Source: Promethearchaeota archaeon (lineage in GTDB: Archaea; Asgardarchaeota; Thorarchaeia; Thorarchaeales; Thorarchaeaceae). From it: a stretch of DNA of 32,000 nucleotides. Location: NCBI GenBank assembly GCA_027031765.1, contig JALVPN010000105.1, forward strand, positions 3,401 to 35,400, written 5' to 3'. A program made the position numbers and the translations under genes. This document shows, piece by piece, positions 16,885 through 24,996 of this stretch. Position 1 is the first letter of the stretch; every line of letters begins with the position of its first letter. The notes below the pieces were generated by a model that saw only the letters and a list, made by a program, of their open reading frames with translations, did no database searches and was not told where the DNA came from.

Positions 16885-18167
16885 TCCGCGTACACGGCCA
16901 GCTTGTTCCCCTTGTTGAATACGAGGACTCTCACACCAGGGTCCTCTCGTATCCACTCGTCGACCACATCCTGAGGGTCGTCCACCTTCGTCAGGTGCAC
17001 TGCCCCCACGGTCTCGCTGTCCAGTGCGGTGTACATCCTGACGGCCCTGAGCCGACGGAGGAGCTCTGCGAACTTGTAGGCCTTGTGCTCATAGAGGTGG
17101 TACTCCCCCTTTATTGAGCGTACCACGTCGTCGAGGGGTGCTGTGAGCCTCTGGTAGAAGTTCTCCAGTGCACTCGCAGGCGCGACACCGTCCCTACACT
17201 CGGCAAGGAAGAGCACCTCGCCACCATCTGCCACGGCGTTCTTTGTCAGTTCCAGTGCCCGCTGAGCATGGTACAGGCTCTTGTCCTGCGGGTAGCCACC
17301 CGGTGACACCACAGTACGTGTTGTCGGTGTGACCGTGAAACTGCTGGTCTCGTCGAGCACCTCGATACCGGCTGCTGTCACAGGTGCGACACGTCCGGCA
17401 TCAGCCCATAGGAGCCTGTTCCCGCTTGAGATGACCGACAGCGTGAAGACATGTGCCCGCCCGGCAATGATCTCCATGGCCTCGCGCATGTCGTCAGCGA
17501 GTGGGTTGTCACGCCTTGTCGGGTCCGGGTGGTATGGATGACGCCCGAAGGTCGACCTGGGGTCAAGCGCCATTGCGTGGTTCGCCTCGATTGTGCGGAA
17601 AGCACAGATGCCAGGCAAGAAGTCCTTGAGCGCATTGGAGTACCCGGCAAAATAGTGTGCCTTCATGTCCGCGAGCACCACGTACACGTCATGGCCCATA
17701 GCGGCTGCGTTCACGACCACTGGTGTGCCGCGACTGGTGCTACCCAACTCGACCACATCCGGCGAACTGCAGTCGTGGACCATCACGCTGTACTTCTCAA
17801 GCCCTGCGTCAGAGGCGGCGCGGTGTGCCATCCTGACAATCTCGTGGTTACCCGGGTGGTCTACCTCGTGTGAGCCTGTCGTCACGATGAACTGGACATG
17901 GCTCGCATGACGCAGGTGCGGCACGACAGCGTCCAGCAGCGCCTGGTGTGGTTCTTCTCTCGTATGGTCTTCCACGAGGACGCAGACGCTCTTGCTCTTT
18001 ACAATGTCGTTCAGGTGTGGGCCATGTGGGTTCTCGACGACGCGTTCGAGTACTGTCATCACATCCGACCTGAGGCCCTGTTGGCGGGGCTCCATCACCT
18101 GTGCCAGGTTTTCATCGGGGATGTCCAGTCTGACCTTCTTGTCACCATAGTCCAGCGATACCTGCAA
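16881..18167 (-). CDS. larA: LarA-family nickel-pincer-dependent 2-hydroxy-acid racemase/epimerase
   Basis: EDHTR, TTGSH, KAHYFAGYSNALKDFLPG, EANH, GGYPQD and LFLAECRDG. Start moved to the TTG at 18167 (LQVSLDYG) after GAGG. Confidence 0.88.
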   Translation of the reverse strand: MQVSLDYGDKKVRLDIPDENLAQVMEPRQQGLRSDVMTVLERVVENPHGPHLNDIVKSKSVCVLVEDHTREEPHQALLDAVVPHLRHASHVQFIVTTGSHEVDHPGNHEIVRMAHRAASDAGLEKYSVMVHDCSSPDVVELGSTSRGTPVVVNAAAMGHDVYVVLADMKAHYFAGYSNALKDFLPGICAFRTIEANHAMALDPRSTFGRHPYHPDPTRRDNPLADDMREAMEIIAGRAHVFTLSVISSGNRLLWADAGRVAPVTAAGIEVLDETSSFTVTPTTRTVVSPGGYPQDKSLYHAQRALELTKNAVADGGEVLFLAECRDGVAPASALENFYQRLTAPLDDVVRSIKGEYHLYEHKAYKFAELLRRLRAVRMYTALDSETVGAVHLTKVDDPQDVVDEWIREDPGVRVLVFNKGNKLAVYAD

Positions 18168-18290
18168 CTCGGGGTCCTCACATACGTGGTGCTGGGAGGT
18201 GCCATATGAGCCTTCAGCATCGTGCAGAGTCCCACCATCCATGCCCGGCTACCAAAGTTGAAATACGACTGCTGCCGGCCTGTACACGCC

Positions 18291-18632
18291 ATGGTCGAGA
18301 GTGAGAGCAGTGATGCGGCCGGACTGGCCGGTGCGGGGCGCTGGCTCGCCATCGCTTCAGAGCTCCCCTGCGCGGTCATCGCATTCCTGTTCATTGGACA
18401 GGTGGTCGGGGAGTCGGTGTCCGGCCCCTCGGGTGCGGTGGCGGGTGGTATCCTCGGTGTCCTCCTTGGCCTCGTGTTCGGTACGTACAGCATATACATG
18501 AGCGCCCAGCGACTGGACATGGCCGAACGCATGAAGACGCCAAGAGAGTACATGCCCCCCATGGAGGAGATAACCCGGGAGTACGACTGGGGCGACTTTG
18601 ACCCCGAAGACCGACGGGAGACCGGTCAGTGA
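18291..18632 (+). CDS. Two-TM protein resembling AtpZ/AtpI (ATP synthase gene 1 type)
   Basis: WLAIASELPCAVIAFLFIGQVVG...GGILGVLLGLVFGTYSIY fits the AtpZ hairpin pattern as I recall it. Lies 0.8 kb from atpC. Start at ATG 18291. Confidence 0.55.
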   Translation: MVESESSDAAGLAGAGRWLAIASELPCAVIAFLFIGQVVGESVSGPSGAVAGGILGVLLGLVFGTYSIYMSAQRLDMAERMKTPREYMPPMEEITREYDWGDFDPEDRRETGQ

Positions 18633-18662
18633 TACATACATACACACCGGCGGTCAATGTGG

Positions 18663-19253
18663 TCAGTCGATGAACTCAGAGTCGTCCTCGTTGAGCACCT
18701 CTAGCACGACCCTTGTTGCAGTACGCCCCACAGCCGCGATGATTATCTGCACTAGGAGGGCCACAAAGAACGCACCGACTGCAAAACTGAACACATGGAG
18801 CGCTATGGACTGCTGGGCCTCCGCAAGTGGGAACAGCCAGTTCTTGTATGTCAGGTAGAACACGTAGAGACCGGTTATGGCCATCAGTGCCACGAGCAGC
18901 CCATACGTGTAGACAACCGCTCTGACACGTGGTGTGTCCATGGGCACCTGCTGTATCCCGGGGCCGACCACCATGTTGCTGATCTTCCGCGAGAACCGGA
19001 CGAACACCCCCATCGCGGCGAGGAAGACCATCAATGTGATTATACTGCCCACAAGGAGTAACAGCACCTGGATGTCCGGGCCAAGACCTGTGACCACATC
19101 CTTCAGCCCATACGCTGCGAGAGCGCCGACCATCACTATGACCGCCACGATCTCAATGACGAAAGTGACGGTCGCTGATGTCCTGAACAGGCTGCCAATA
19201 TCGAACATGTCCCTGTCAGGTGGTGTTCCCTGCTCTCCGTCCATCAATACCAC
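18663..19253 (-). CDS. Hypothetical 4-TM membrane protein
   Basis: Four clear hydrophobic segments and an acidic C-terminus. Divergent from atpC. The start may be the ATG at 19244. Confidence 0.75.
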   Translation of the reverse strand: MVLMDGEQGTPPDRDMFDIGSLFRTSATVTFVIEIVAVIVMVGALAAYGLKDVVTGLGPDIQVLLLLVGSIITLMVFLAAMGVFVRFSRKISNMVVGPGIQQVPMDTPRVRAVVYTYGLLVALMAITGLYVFYLTYKNWLFPLAEAQQSIALHVFSFAVGAFFVALLVQIIIAAVGRTATRVVLEVLNEDDSEFID

Positions 19254-19470
19254 ACCACAGTGTGTCTGGTGTCACCGTCCACTATTTTAATCCTTGTAGT
19301 GTCGTCGGTCAGGTCCCCGTGCTCACAAGGACTGGTGCCAACAGCCGATGGCACACTCCGGGTCGGGACGGGGCTGCTCGCAGGCTGCGTTGTCTGTTCG
19401 TCAACCTTATAACGCATGTGGGTGCGGGGGGTGTCGTTCAACCGCTGACAGGACAGGGGCTGACTGCACA

Positions 19471-20532
19471 ATGGGCCTGCGGGCTGCAAGCGAGTATGGT
19501 TTCATAAATGCAAGGATTCGGGCCCTCAAGTCGCGACTCCTCACTGTGGCCGACTATGAGCGCCTACTGCAGTCCGCTGACTACGAGGACTTCTTCCGCA
19601 ACCTTGAGGCCACATACTATGGCGAACTACTGAAGGAGGAAGCCCATGGCCTCACACTGTACCCGGAGGAACTCGCACTCCTGTTGGCACGGGACTTCGG
19701 CAAGACCGTGGAACGCCTCACCAAGACGCTGACGGGACGAGTCCGCAGGTTCACATCTGCATATCTGCAGGTCTTCCTTGCTGATGGGGTCAAGACGGTC
19801 ATCCGTGGGGTCCATACTGGGGTTGACCGTGACGAGATACTCCGCTTCACGGTCCCGTTGTCGGATGAACAGTCCAACATGTTCAATGTGCTGGCCGACA
19901 ACACATCCGTACAGGATGTCATCGAACAGCTGCCTTTCTGGGACCTGAGAGTCGCACTCTTGACGTACCTCCCTAGGTATGAGGAGCTCGGTTCAACAGC
20001 ACCACTTGAGGTCGCCGTCGAGGAGTGGTACCTCAATGGTGTCCTCGATGCGCTCCGCGCATTTCCCACCACGGACTGGCGCAAAGTGCTCAGCGTGCTC
20101 GAAACGCGTGTGGACCTCCGCAATGTCCTCGTGGTCTTCCGTGCTCTGGTCATGGGCTGGAAGGCAAGTGCTATCGCAGCGTCCCTTGTCCGGTTCACCC
20201 CCCGGTCCAGAGCGCTCGTAGAGGCAATCAAAGGGAGCGTTTCATGGAGCGACCTTCTGGACCGCCTGCGAAAGACAAGATACCAGTACCTTGCAGGCCG
20301 CCTTGCTCGTATGTATGAGGAGTCAAAGAGCCTTGTCGACCTCGAACTGGCGGTGGAAGACTATATTGCAAAGCGCGTCCGTATGCAAATGGGCGCCTAC
20401 CCGTTTCACCTGGGTGTCGTGCTTGCGTTCTTCTACCTCAAGTTCTACGAGGTCCGGAACATCAGGACAATCTCAGTCGGCATCGAGAGGGGCGAGTCTG
20501 CGGACAGTATCAGACGAATGATTACGATATGA
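19471..20532 (+). CDS. atpC: A/V-type ATP synthase subunit C (AhaC/NtpC; V0 d homolog)
   Basis: YGFINARIRALKSRLL at the N-terminus and LAFFYLKFYEVRNIRTISVG at the C-terminus. Start moved from 19348 to 19471. Confidence 0.93.
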   Translation: MGLRAASEYGFINARIRALKSRLLTVADYERLLQSADYEDFFRNLEATYYGELLKEEAHGLTLYPEELALLLARDFGKTVERLTKTLTGRVRRFTSAYLQVFLADGVKTVIRGVHTGVDRDEILRFTVPLSDEQSNMFNVLADNTSVQDVIEQLPFWDLRVALLTYLPRYEELGSTAPLEVAVEEWYLNGVLDALRAFPTTDWRKVLSVLETRVDLRNVLVVFRALVMGWKASAIAASLVRFTPRSRALVEAIKGSVSWSDLLDRLRKTRYQYLAGRLARMYEESKSLVDLELAVEDYIAKRVRMQMGAYPFHLGVVLAFFYLKFYEVRNIRTISVGIERGESADSIRRMITI

Positions 20533-20544
20533 TAGACTCAAGGA

Positions 20545-21003
20545 GTGTTGTTGAGTATGGTACGTACTACAGACAGACGTTGTGTGTTGATGGTGTTCGT
20601 CGTCGGCGCGGCGGCCCTGCTCCTGACAACTGCTCTGGAGCGGCTTGTTGGTGCACCCGTCCCCGGGTTGTCATGGCTGACCGAGGCGGTGAGCACAGGT
20701 GACAGCATGGTGCTACTCACAGTGGGCACTGGCAGTGCCGTTTCACTGCTGCAGGCTGACGCCAATACTGGACTTGCCCTGCTCGGGATTGCAATCGGTG
20801 CGGGACTTGCTATCGGCCTTGCCGCAATCGGTGGCGGCCTTGGCATGGGCACCGCCTCAGCTGCGGCCCTTGGTGCCATCACAGAGAAGCCTGAGACATT
20901 TGGGAAGTCAATCCTATACGTGGTGTTCATAGAGGCAGTCGCAATCTATGGGTTTGTCATCGCGTATATGCTCCTCGGCTATATCCCGCAGCTCTTGGGC
21001 TAG
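20545..21003 (+). CDS. atpK: A-type ATP synthase proteolipid subunit K (c), single hairpin with N-terminal extension
   Basis: GAGLAIGLAAIGGGLGMG and EKPETFGKSILYVVFIEAVAIYG with the conserved Glu. An alternative start at ATG 20707 has SD AGGTGA. Confidence 0.93.
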   Translation: MLLSMVRTTDRRCVLMVFVVGAAALLLTTALERLVGAPVPGLSWLTEAVSTGDSMVLLTVGTGSAVSLLQADANTGLALLGIAIGAGLAIGLAAIGGGLGMGTASAAALGAITEKPETFGKSILYVVFIEAVAIYGFVIAYMLLGYIPQLLG

Positions 21004-21532
21004 CACCGGGTCGACCCAGTGCAGTGTGCCCTCGTACTGGCTCATGGCCAACAGGCCCGGCAGTAGAGTCAGTACTGGCCTAGAGCTGAGTACTATACCC
21101 TTGTGGCAGACCAGCTGGCCCGACATGTACTGTGGTGTGCGTGGGGACGCTACTGCATTCCTGTGCTGGGACAGAGCGAGCACACTAGTCGCTCCCACCG
21201 CCCGTTGCCTGTCGGGTAGCTACAGTCGGCACACTGCAGCCACACTTCCCACAGTCCACCATATTGTCCAGTCCTGTGGGCTGGATGTGGTTACCGGAGG
21301 CCGTCTGCACCGCTTGCTGCACATACAACAGGTCTGGCAGCACTAACTCGTCTGCATCATGTCTGTCAGGTCCAGGTGCATGATGTCCGCTGTGCATGTG
21401 CATCAGCCCGGGTGTCACCTGCGACTGGATAGCCCCCATGGTCATCACATAATCGGCGTACACACTGGTGCGGTCACCTTGCTCCTGTGCACAGCGTCAC
21501 GCTCGCACCTTGTGGTCATGGGCCGATTGTGA

Positions 21533-21555
21533 GCCAGTCAGCCAGTCAGCCAGTC
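21533..21555 (+). repeat. Short tandem repeat (GCCAGTCA) x ~3
   Basis: GCCAGTCA GCCAGTCA GCCAGTC, 7 nt downstream of the atpE stop. Confidence 0.7.
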
Positions 21556-21562
21556 GATCTGT

Positions 21563-22174
21563 TCAGTGGAAGAGTAGTGTTGCGACCTGCCTCCAGATGA
21601 GGTCTTCCATCCGCTCGCGTCTTGCCTCCACCGTGTTGTCCACCCACCTCGTCCCATCACGGCTCCTGACCATCACCCCTGCTATTGACCTGGTCCTCTC
21701 GTCAGCAAGTGTTACACTGACTGTGCGGCCCAGTCTTTCCTGTACCGCCCTCTCAATCTCCTTCAGTGGGACCGGTAGGTCGTGTCCCCGTGGCAATACC
21801 AGTTCGACCTCGTCCTCTTCGAGTGCCTCCACGCCCTCCAAGACGAGCCGCATGAATATTGCACCGTACTCGTCACTATTGACAAGTGCTCTTATCTGCT
21901 CAATTGCGGCGCTCACTACCATGTCCATCAGTTCGGCCTTCACCTTCAGGAGCCGCTGTTTTGCCTGCAACCGTATGTTGGCCTCATGGTGGTGGAGCTC
22001 AGACCTGATCTCCTTCTCGGTCCTGCTGATGAGTTCTCTGGCCTTTTCGTCGGCCATCTTCCGGGCGACACCAAGACGGATTTCCCTCTCCTTCTCCGCC
22101 TCTGCAATGATGTTCTTCTTCTGTTCTTCGGCCCTAGCAAGGATCATCTGTACTACGTTCTCTACACCAGACAA
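21563..22174 (-). CDS. atpE: A-type ATP synthase subunit E (peripheral stalk)
   Basis: Coiled-coil N-half (ILARAEEQKKNIIAEAEKE) and C-terminal IAGVMVRSRDGTRWVDNTVEAR. TTG start at 22174 lies 5 nt after GAGGGGTGA; the ORF track uses GTG 22183. Confidence 0.92.
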   Translation of the reverse strand: MSGVENVVQMILARAEEQKKNIIAEAEKEREIRLGVARKMADEKARELISRTEKEIRSELHHHEANIRLQAKQRLLKVKAELMDMVVSAAIEQIRALVNSDEYGAIFMRLVLEGVEALEEDEVELVLPRGHDLPVPLKEIERAVQERLGRTVSVTLADERTRSIAGVMVRSRDGTRWVDNTVEARRERMEDLIWRQVATLLFH

Positions 22175-22179
22175 TCTGT

Positions 22180-22506
22180 TCACCCCTCTTGTGGGAGCAG
22201 GATATTTATGACAACGGCAACTGCCTCTTGTAGCCGTGCGTCGGCCGTCTCTCTCAGTCGACGTTCCTCCTCTTCAGCCTCTTTCAGCACCTGTTGTTCG
22301 AGCTCGGCCCGCCGCTTGTGTTCTATGTCCCACATCTGTTTGGCCTTGTCCTCAGCAGCTGCCAGAGTCTTCTCCGTAATACTGCGCGCCTCTTCCTCAG
22401 TGCGCTCCTTGATCTCATTCGCCGCTTCCTGGGCCTCTTGGACTGTCCTCCGTGCCTTCTCCTCGGCCTCGTGGATCTCGTCAATCTCTTCCACTGTTGT
22501 GCTCAG
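22180..22506 (-). CDS. atpH: A-type ATP synthase subunit H/G (peripheral stalk)
   Basis: About 108 aa E/K/A-rich coiled coil (IDEIHEAEEKARRTVQEAQEAA), directly upstream of atpE. SD GGAGGTG points to the CTG at 22506. Confidence 0.82.
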   Translation of the reverse strand: MSTTVEEIDEIHEAEEKARRTVQEAQEAANEIKERTEEEARSITEKTLAAAEDKAKQMWDIEHKRRAELEQQVLKEAEEEERRLRETADARLQEAVAVVINILLPQEG

Positions 22507-22563
22507 TGTTTTACACCTCCCTGATGGCCGTGGTGTTCCTGCAACTCGGGCACTGGCAGACAA

Positions 22564-22630
22564 GATAAAGGTATAGCTACGTGGCCGTTTGTTTCACTGA
22601 TGGTTTTAAGATATTTCGCAACGTTTATCT
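22564..22630. promoter_or_regulatory. Divergent promoter region atpH/atpI with TATA-like elements
   Basis: CCTTTATC on the - strand (22571-22564), and TTTTAAGA (22604-22611) and TTTATCT (22624-22630) on the + strand, in an AT-rich patch. Confidence 0.55.
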
Positions 22631-22718
22631 GAAGTGGACAAGGCCTCTCGGCACGTTTCCGGCAGGCCCATGTTGCTGTGGCCTGGGGCCTGTACGTGAC
22701 CGCCCGGTGTGAGAACCA

Positions 22719-24932
22719 ATGAAACTGTCGATAAGTCCTGCCAAGATGGTTGTGGCACGTGTAGTCTCGCACCGCAGTCTGGAACGAGAGGTGCTCAGGG
22801 CCCTCGAAGACTTTGGCCATTTCCAGTTCATTGACGTACCACGTCAGGCCGGCATTGTCAAGGTCGAGCTGACTCGCGAGGAGAACACTGTCATATCAGC
22901 CATGGGCCGCGTAACACGTCTGCTCGACCTCCTCCGGCTGGAACCATCCGTACGCAGTGGGTCTCCACTCCGGGTCGAAGAGGGGTCGATCAAGGACATC
23001 CTCGACTTTGTTGCTGGAGTGATAAAGGCAATAGAGGCGGAGGTACTGGAGATTGACCGCAACATCACTGCCGCCCGGCAACAGCTGGAGCGCGAAAGGG
23101 GTGTGCATGACGTTGCAGAACGTCTTGTCCCCCTTGGTCTCAGTCCACAGCGTATTGGTACCACGGAGTTCACCTTTACCACCGCAGGCATACTCCCAAC
23201 GGAGAGGGTTTCCCAGCTGGAGTGGAGCCTGAAGGAGCTCACTGACAACGCCTTTGCGTTCCGCTCTATTGCCCTTGAACGGGGCGTTTCTGTTGCGGCT
23301 GCCAGCGTCCCTGTCGAACACAAGCCTGCTGTGCTGCGGGTACTCTCGGCTATGGAGTTCGAGGAGTTCGAGGTACCCGAGGGCTACGGTGTGTCACCTG
23401 AAGAGATTGCCCGTTCAGCTGCTGCAAGGATGTCCGAGCTCCAGACCCAACTCGAATCTCTTGAGGCCCGCAGACGCCTCTTGGCTGAAGAGTGGGGGCC
23501 CCGTGTACTTGCTGCATGGGAAGCCCTGGACATCGAGAGTAGACGGATTGATGCAAAACGCTTCATAGTCTATACCGAGCAGTCGATGAAGGTCTGGGGC
23601 TGGATCCCTGCAGGCATGGAGGACAGACTGTCTGAGAGCGTGCGTCGCTGGACGGGCTCGGTATGTGACATAGCCTTTGAGGAGCCGGACTTTGCTGAGG
23701 TGGAGGCGCCGACCTACCTCGACAACCCGTCTGTCATGCGGCCCACAGAGAACGTTGTCAATGCCTTCGGTACACCATCTCTCCACGACATTGACCCGAC
23801 CAAGATAATGTTCTTCAGCTTCCCCCTCATCTTCGGCCTCGTGTTCGCAGATGTCGGACAGGGCTTTCTGGTATTGCTTGTGGGACTCCTCGCATGGCGT
23901 GCGCGACGGCGTGGTGACGACTGGGGGGGCATCCTTGGCTATCTCCAGGCCGGCGCAGAAGGACTTGTGACACTGGGCCTGTTCTCGATGTTGGGTGGCT
24001 TCTTGTTCGGTAGTTTCTTTGGTGCAGAGACCGTGATCGAACCAATGTGGCCCGTGTTTGCACACACCCTTGAGAATGGCGAGCCAAACCCATGGCGCTC
24101 CATTCACATGCTCAAACTGTCCGTTGAGATTGGCATCATACAGATATCTCTCGGGATATTCCTCGACCTGTACAACAAGCTGAGGCACCATGATTACCGT
24201 GGTGCAGTTGCAGCCGCATCCTACCTGTGGCTCTACCTTGGCTTCGTGAACCTCCTCTTTGGTGTCGGCTACAGGAGCATAAGTGACTGGTTCAGCATGT
24301 CCCGAACAGTCAACCTCTGGCTGCCAATTGTGGGCATTGGCTATGGTGCTGGTGACAACGGTGTGTATCCACCCCTGCCCATCAGCGCGTTCGCCTTCGC
24401 AGTGGTGGCCCTGATAGTCCCGTTGATAGTCATGATGGTCAGCTCTTTTATGGGCGGCATTGATGGCTCTGTCCACTTCATGGAGAATGCCCTCGCAATA
24501 ATCAGTCACACAGTCAGTTACGCACGGATCTTTGCGCTCAATGCTGTGCATGTCATCCTCAGCGCAGTGTTCATCACGAACCTGACGCCCCTGATTGATA
24601 TCCCATTCCCCCCTGTCACACTGTTCGGGGTCGAGATAATTCCAGAGCACATTGTCGAACACGGCCATGTGGTGTCACCGCACCTGCCGTTCTCGGGGGC
24701 TTTTCTTGGTACCCTCACTGTCGGTACGCTTGAGGGCCTGCTCGCATTCATGCACACACTGAGGCTCCACTTTGTAGAGTGGTTCAGCAAGTTCTACCAC
24801 GCTGGGGGGAAACCCTTCAGGCCCTTCACTGTCCGTCGGGTCCATACTGTCCCCCCTGCACCACCTCCACTGACCGAAACGGTTGCTGTCACGAGTCCAC
24901 AACATGTGGCACCGGTGGCACCTACGGCATAG
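22719..24932 (+). CDS. atpI: A/V-type ATP synthase subunit I (a)
   Basis: PTYLDNP, IDPTKIMFFSFPLIFGLVFADVGQG, SHTVSYARIFAL (essential Arg) and LRLHFVEWFSKFY. Confidence 0.96.
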   Translation: MKLSISPAKMVVARVVSHRSLEREVLRALEDFGHFQFIDVPRQAGIVKVELTREENTVISAMGRVTRLLDLLRLEPSVRSGSPLRVEEGSIKDILDFVAGVIKAIEAEVLEIDRNITAARQQLERERGVHDVAERLVPLGLSPQRIGTTEFTFTTAGILPTERVSQLEWSLKELTDNAFAFRSIALERGVSVAAASVPVEHKPAVLRVLSAMEFEEFEVPEGYGVSPEEIARSAAARMSELQTQLESLEARRRLLAEEWGPRVLAAWEALDIESRRIDAKRFIVYTEQSMKVWGWIPAGMEDRLSESVRRWTGSVCDIAFEEPDFAEVEAPTYLDNPSVMRPTENVVNAFGTPSLHDIDPTKIMFFSFPLIFGLVFADVGQGFLVLLVGLLAWRARRRGDDWGGILGYLQAGAEGLVTLGLFSMLGGFLFGSFFGAETVIEPMWPVFAHTLENGEPNPWRSIHMLKLSVEIGIIQISLGIFLDLYNKLRHHDYRGAVAAASYLWLYLGFVNLLFGVGYRSISDWFSMSRTVNLWLPIVGIGYGAGDNGVYPPLPISAFAFAVVALIVPLIVMMVSSFMGGIDGSVHFMENALAIISHTVSYARIFALNAVHVILSAVFITNLTPLIDIPFPPVTLFGVEIIPEHIVEHGHVVSPHLPFSGAFLGTLTVGTLEGLLAFMHTLRLHFVEWFSKFYHAGGKPFRPFTVRRVHTVPPAPPPLTETVAVTSPQHVAPVAPTA

Positions 24933-24996
24933 ACATACCTCCCCGGCCTCTCACGGGCGACGGGACTGTAGCTACGGCAGCGCATGCTGCATGATA

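Noticed and set aside
23415-24668. 417-aa antisense ORF, and similar long shadow ORFs (24883-26118, 13061-13987, 11670-12494, 12513-13271, 21782-22576, 9766-10524)
   Set aside because: They lie antisense to well-supported genes, have no motifs or SD, and are expected from high-GC codon bias.
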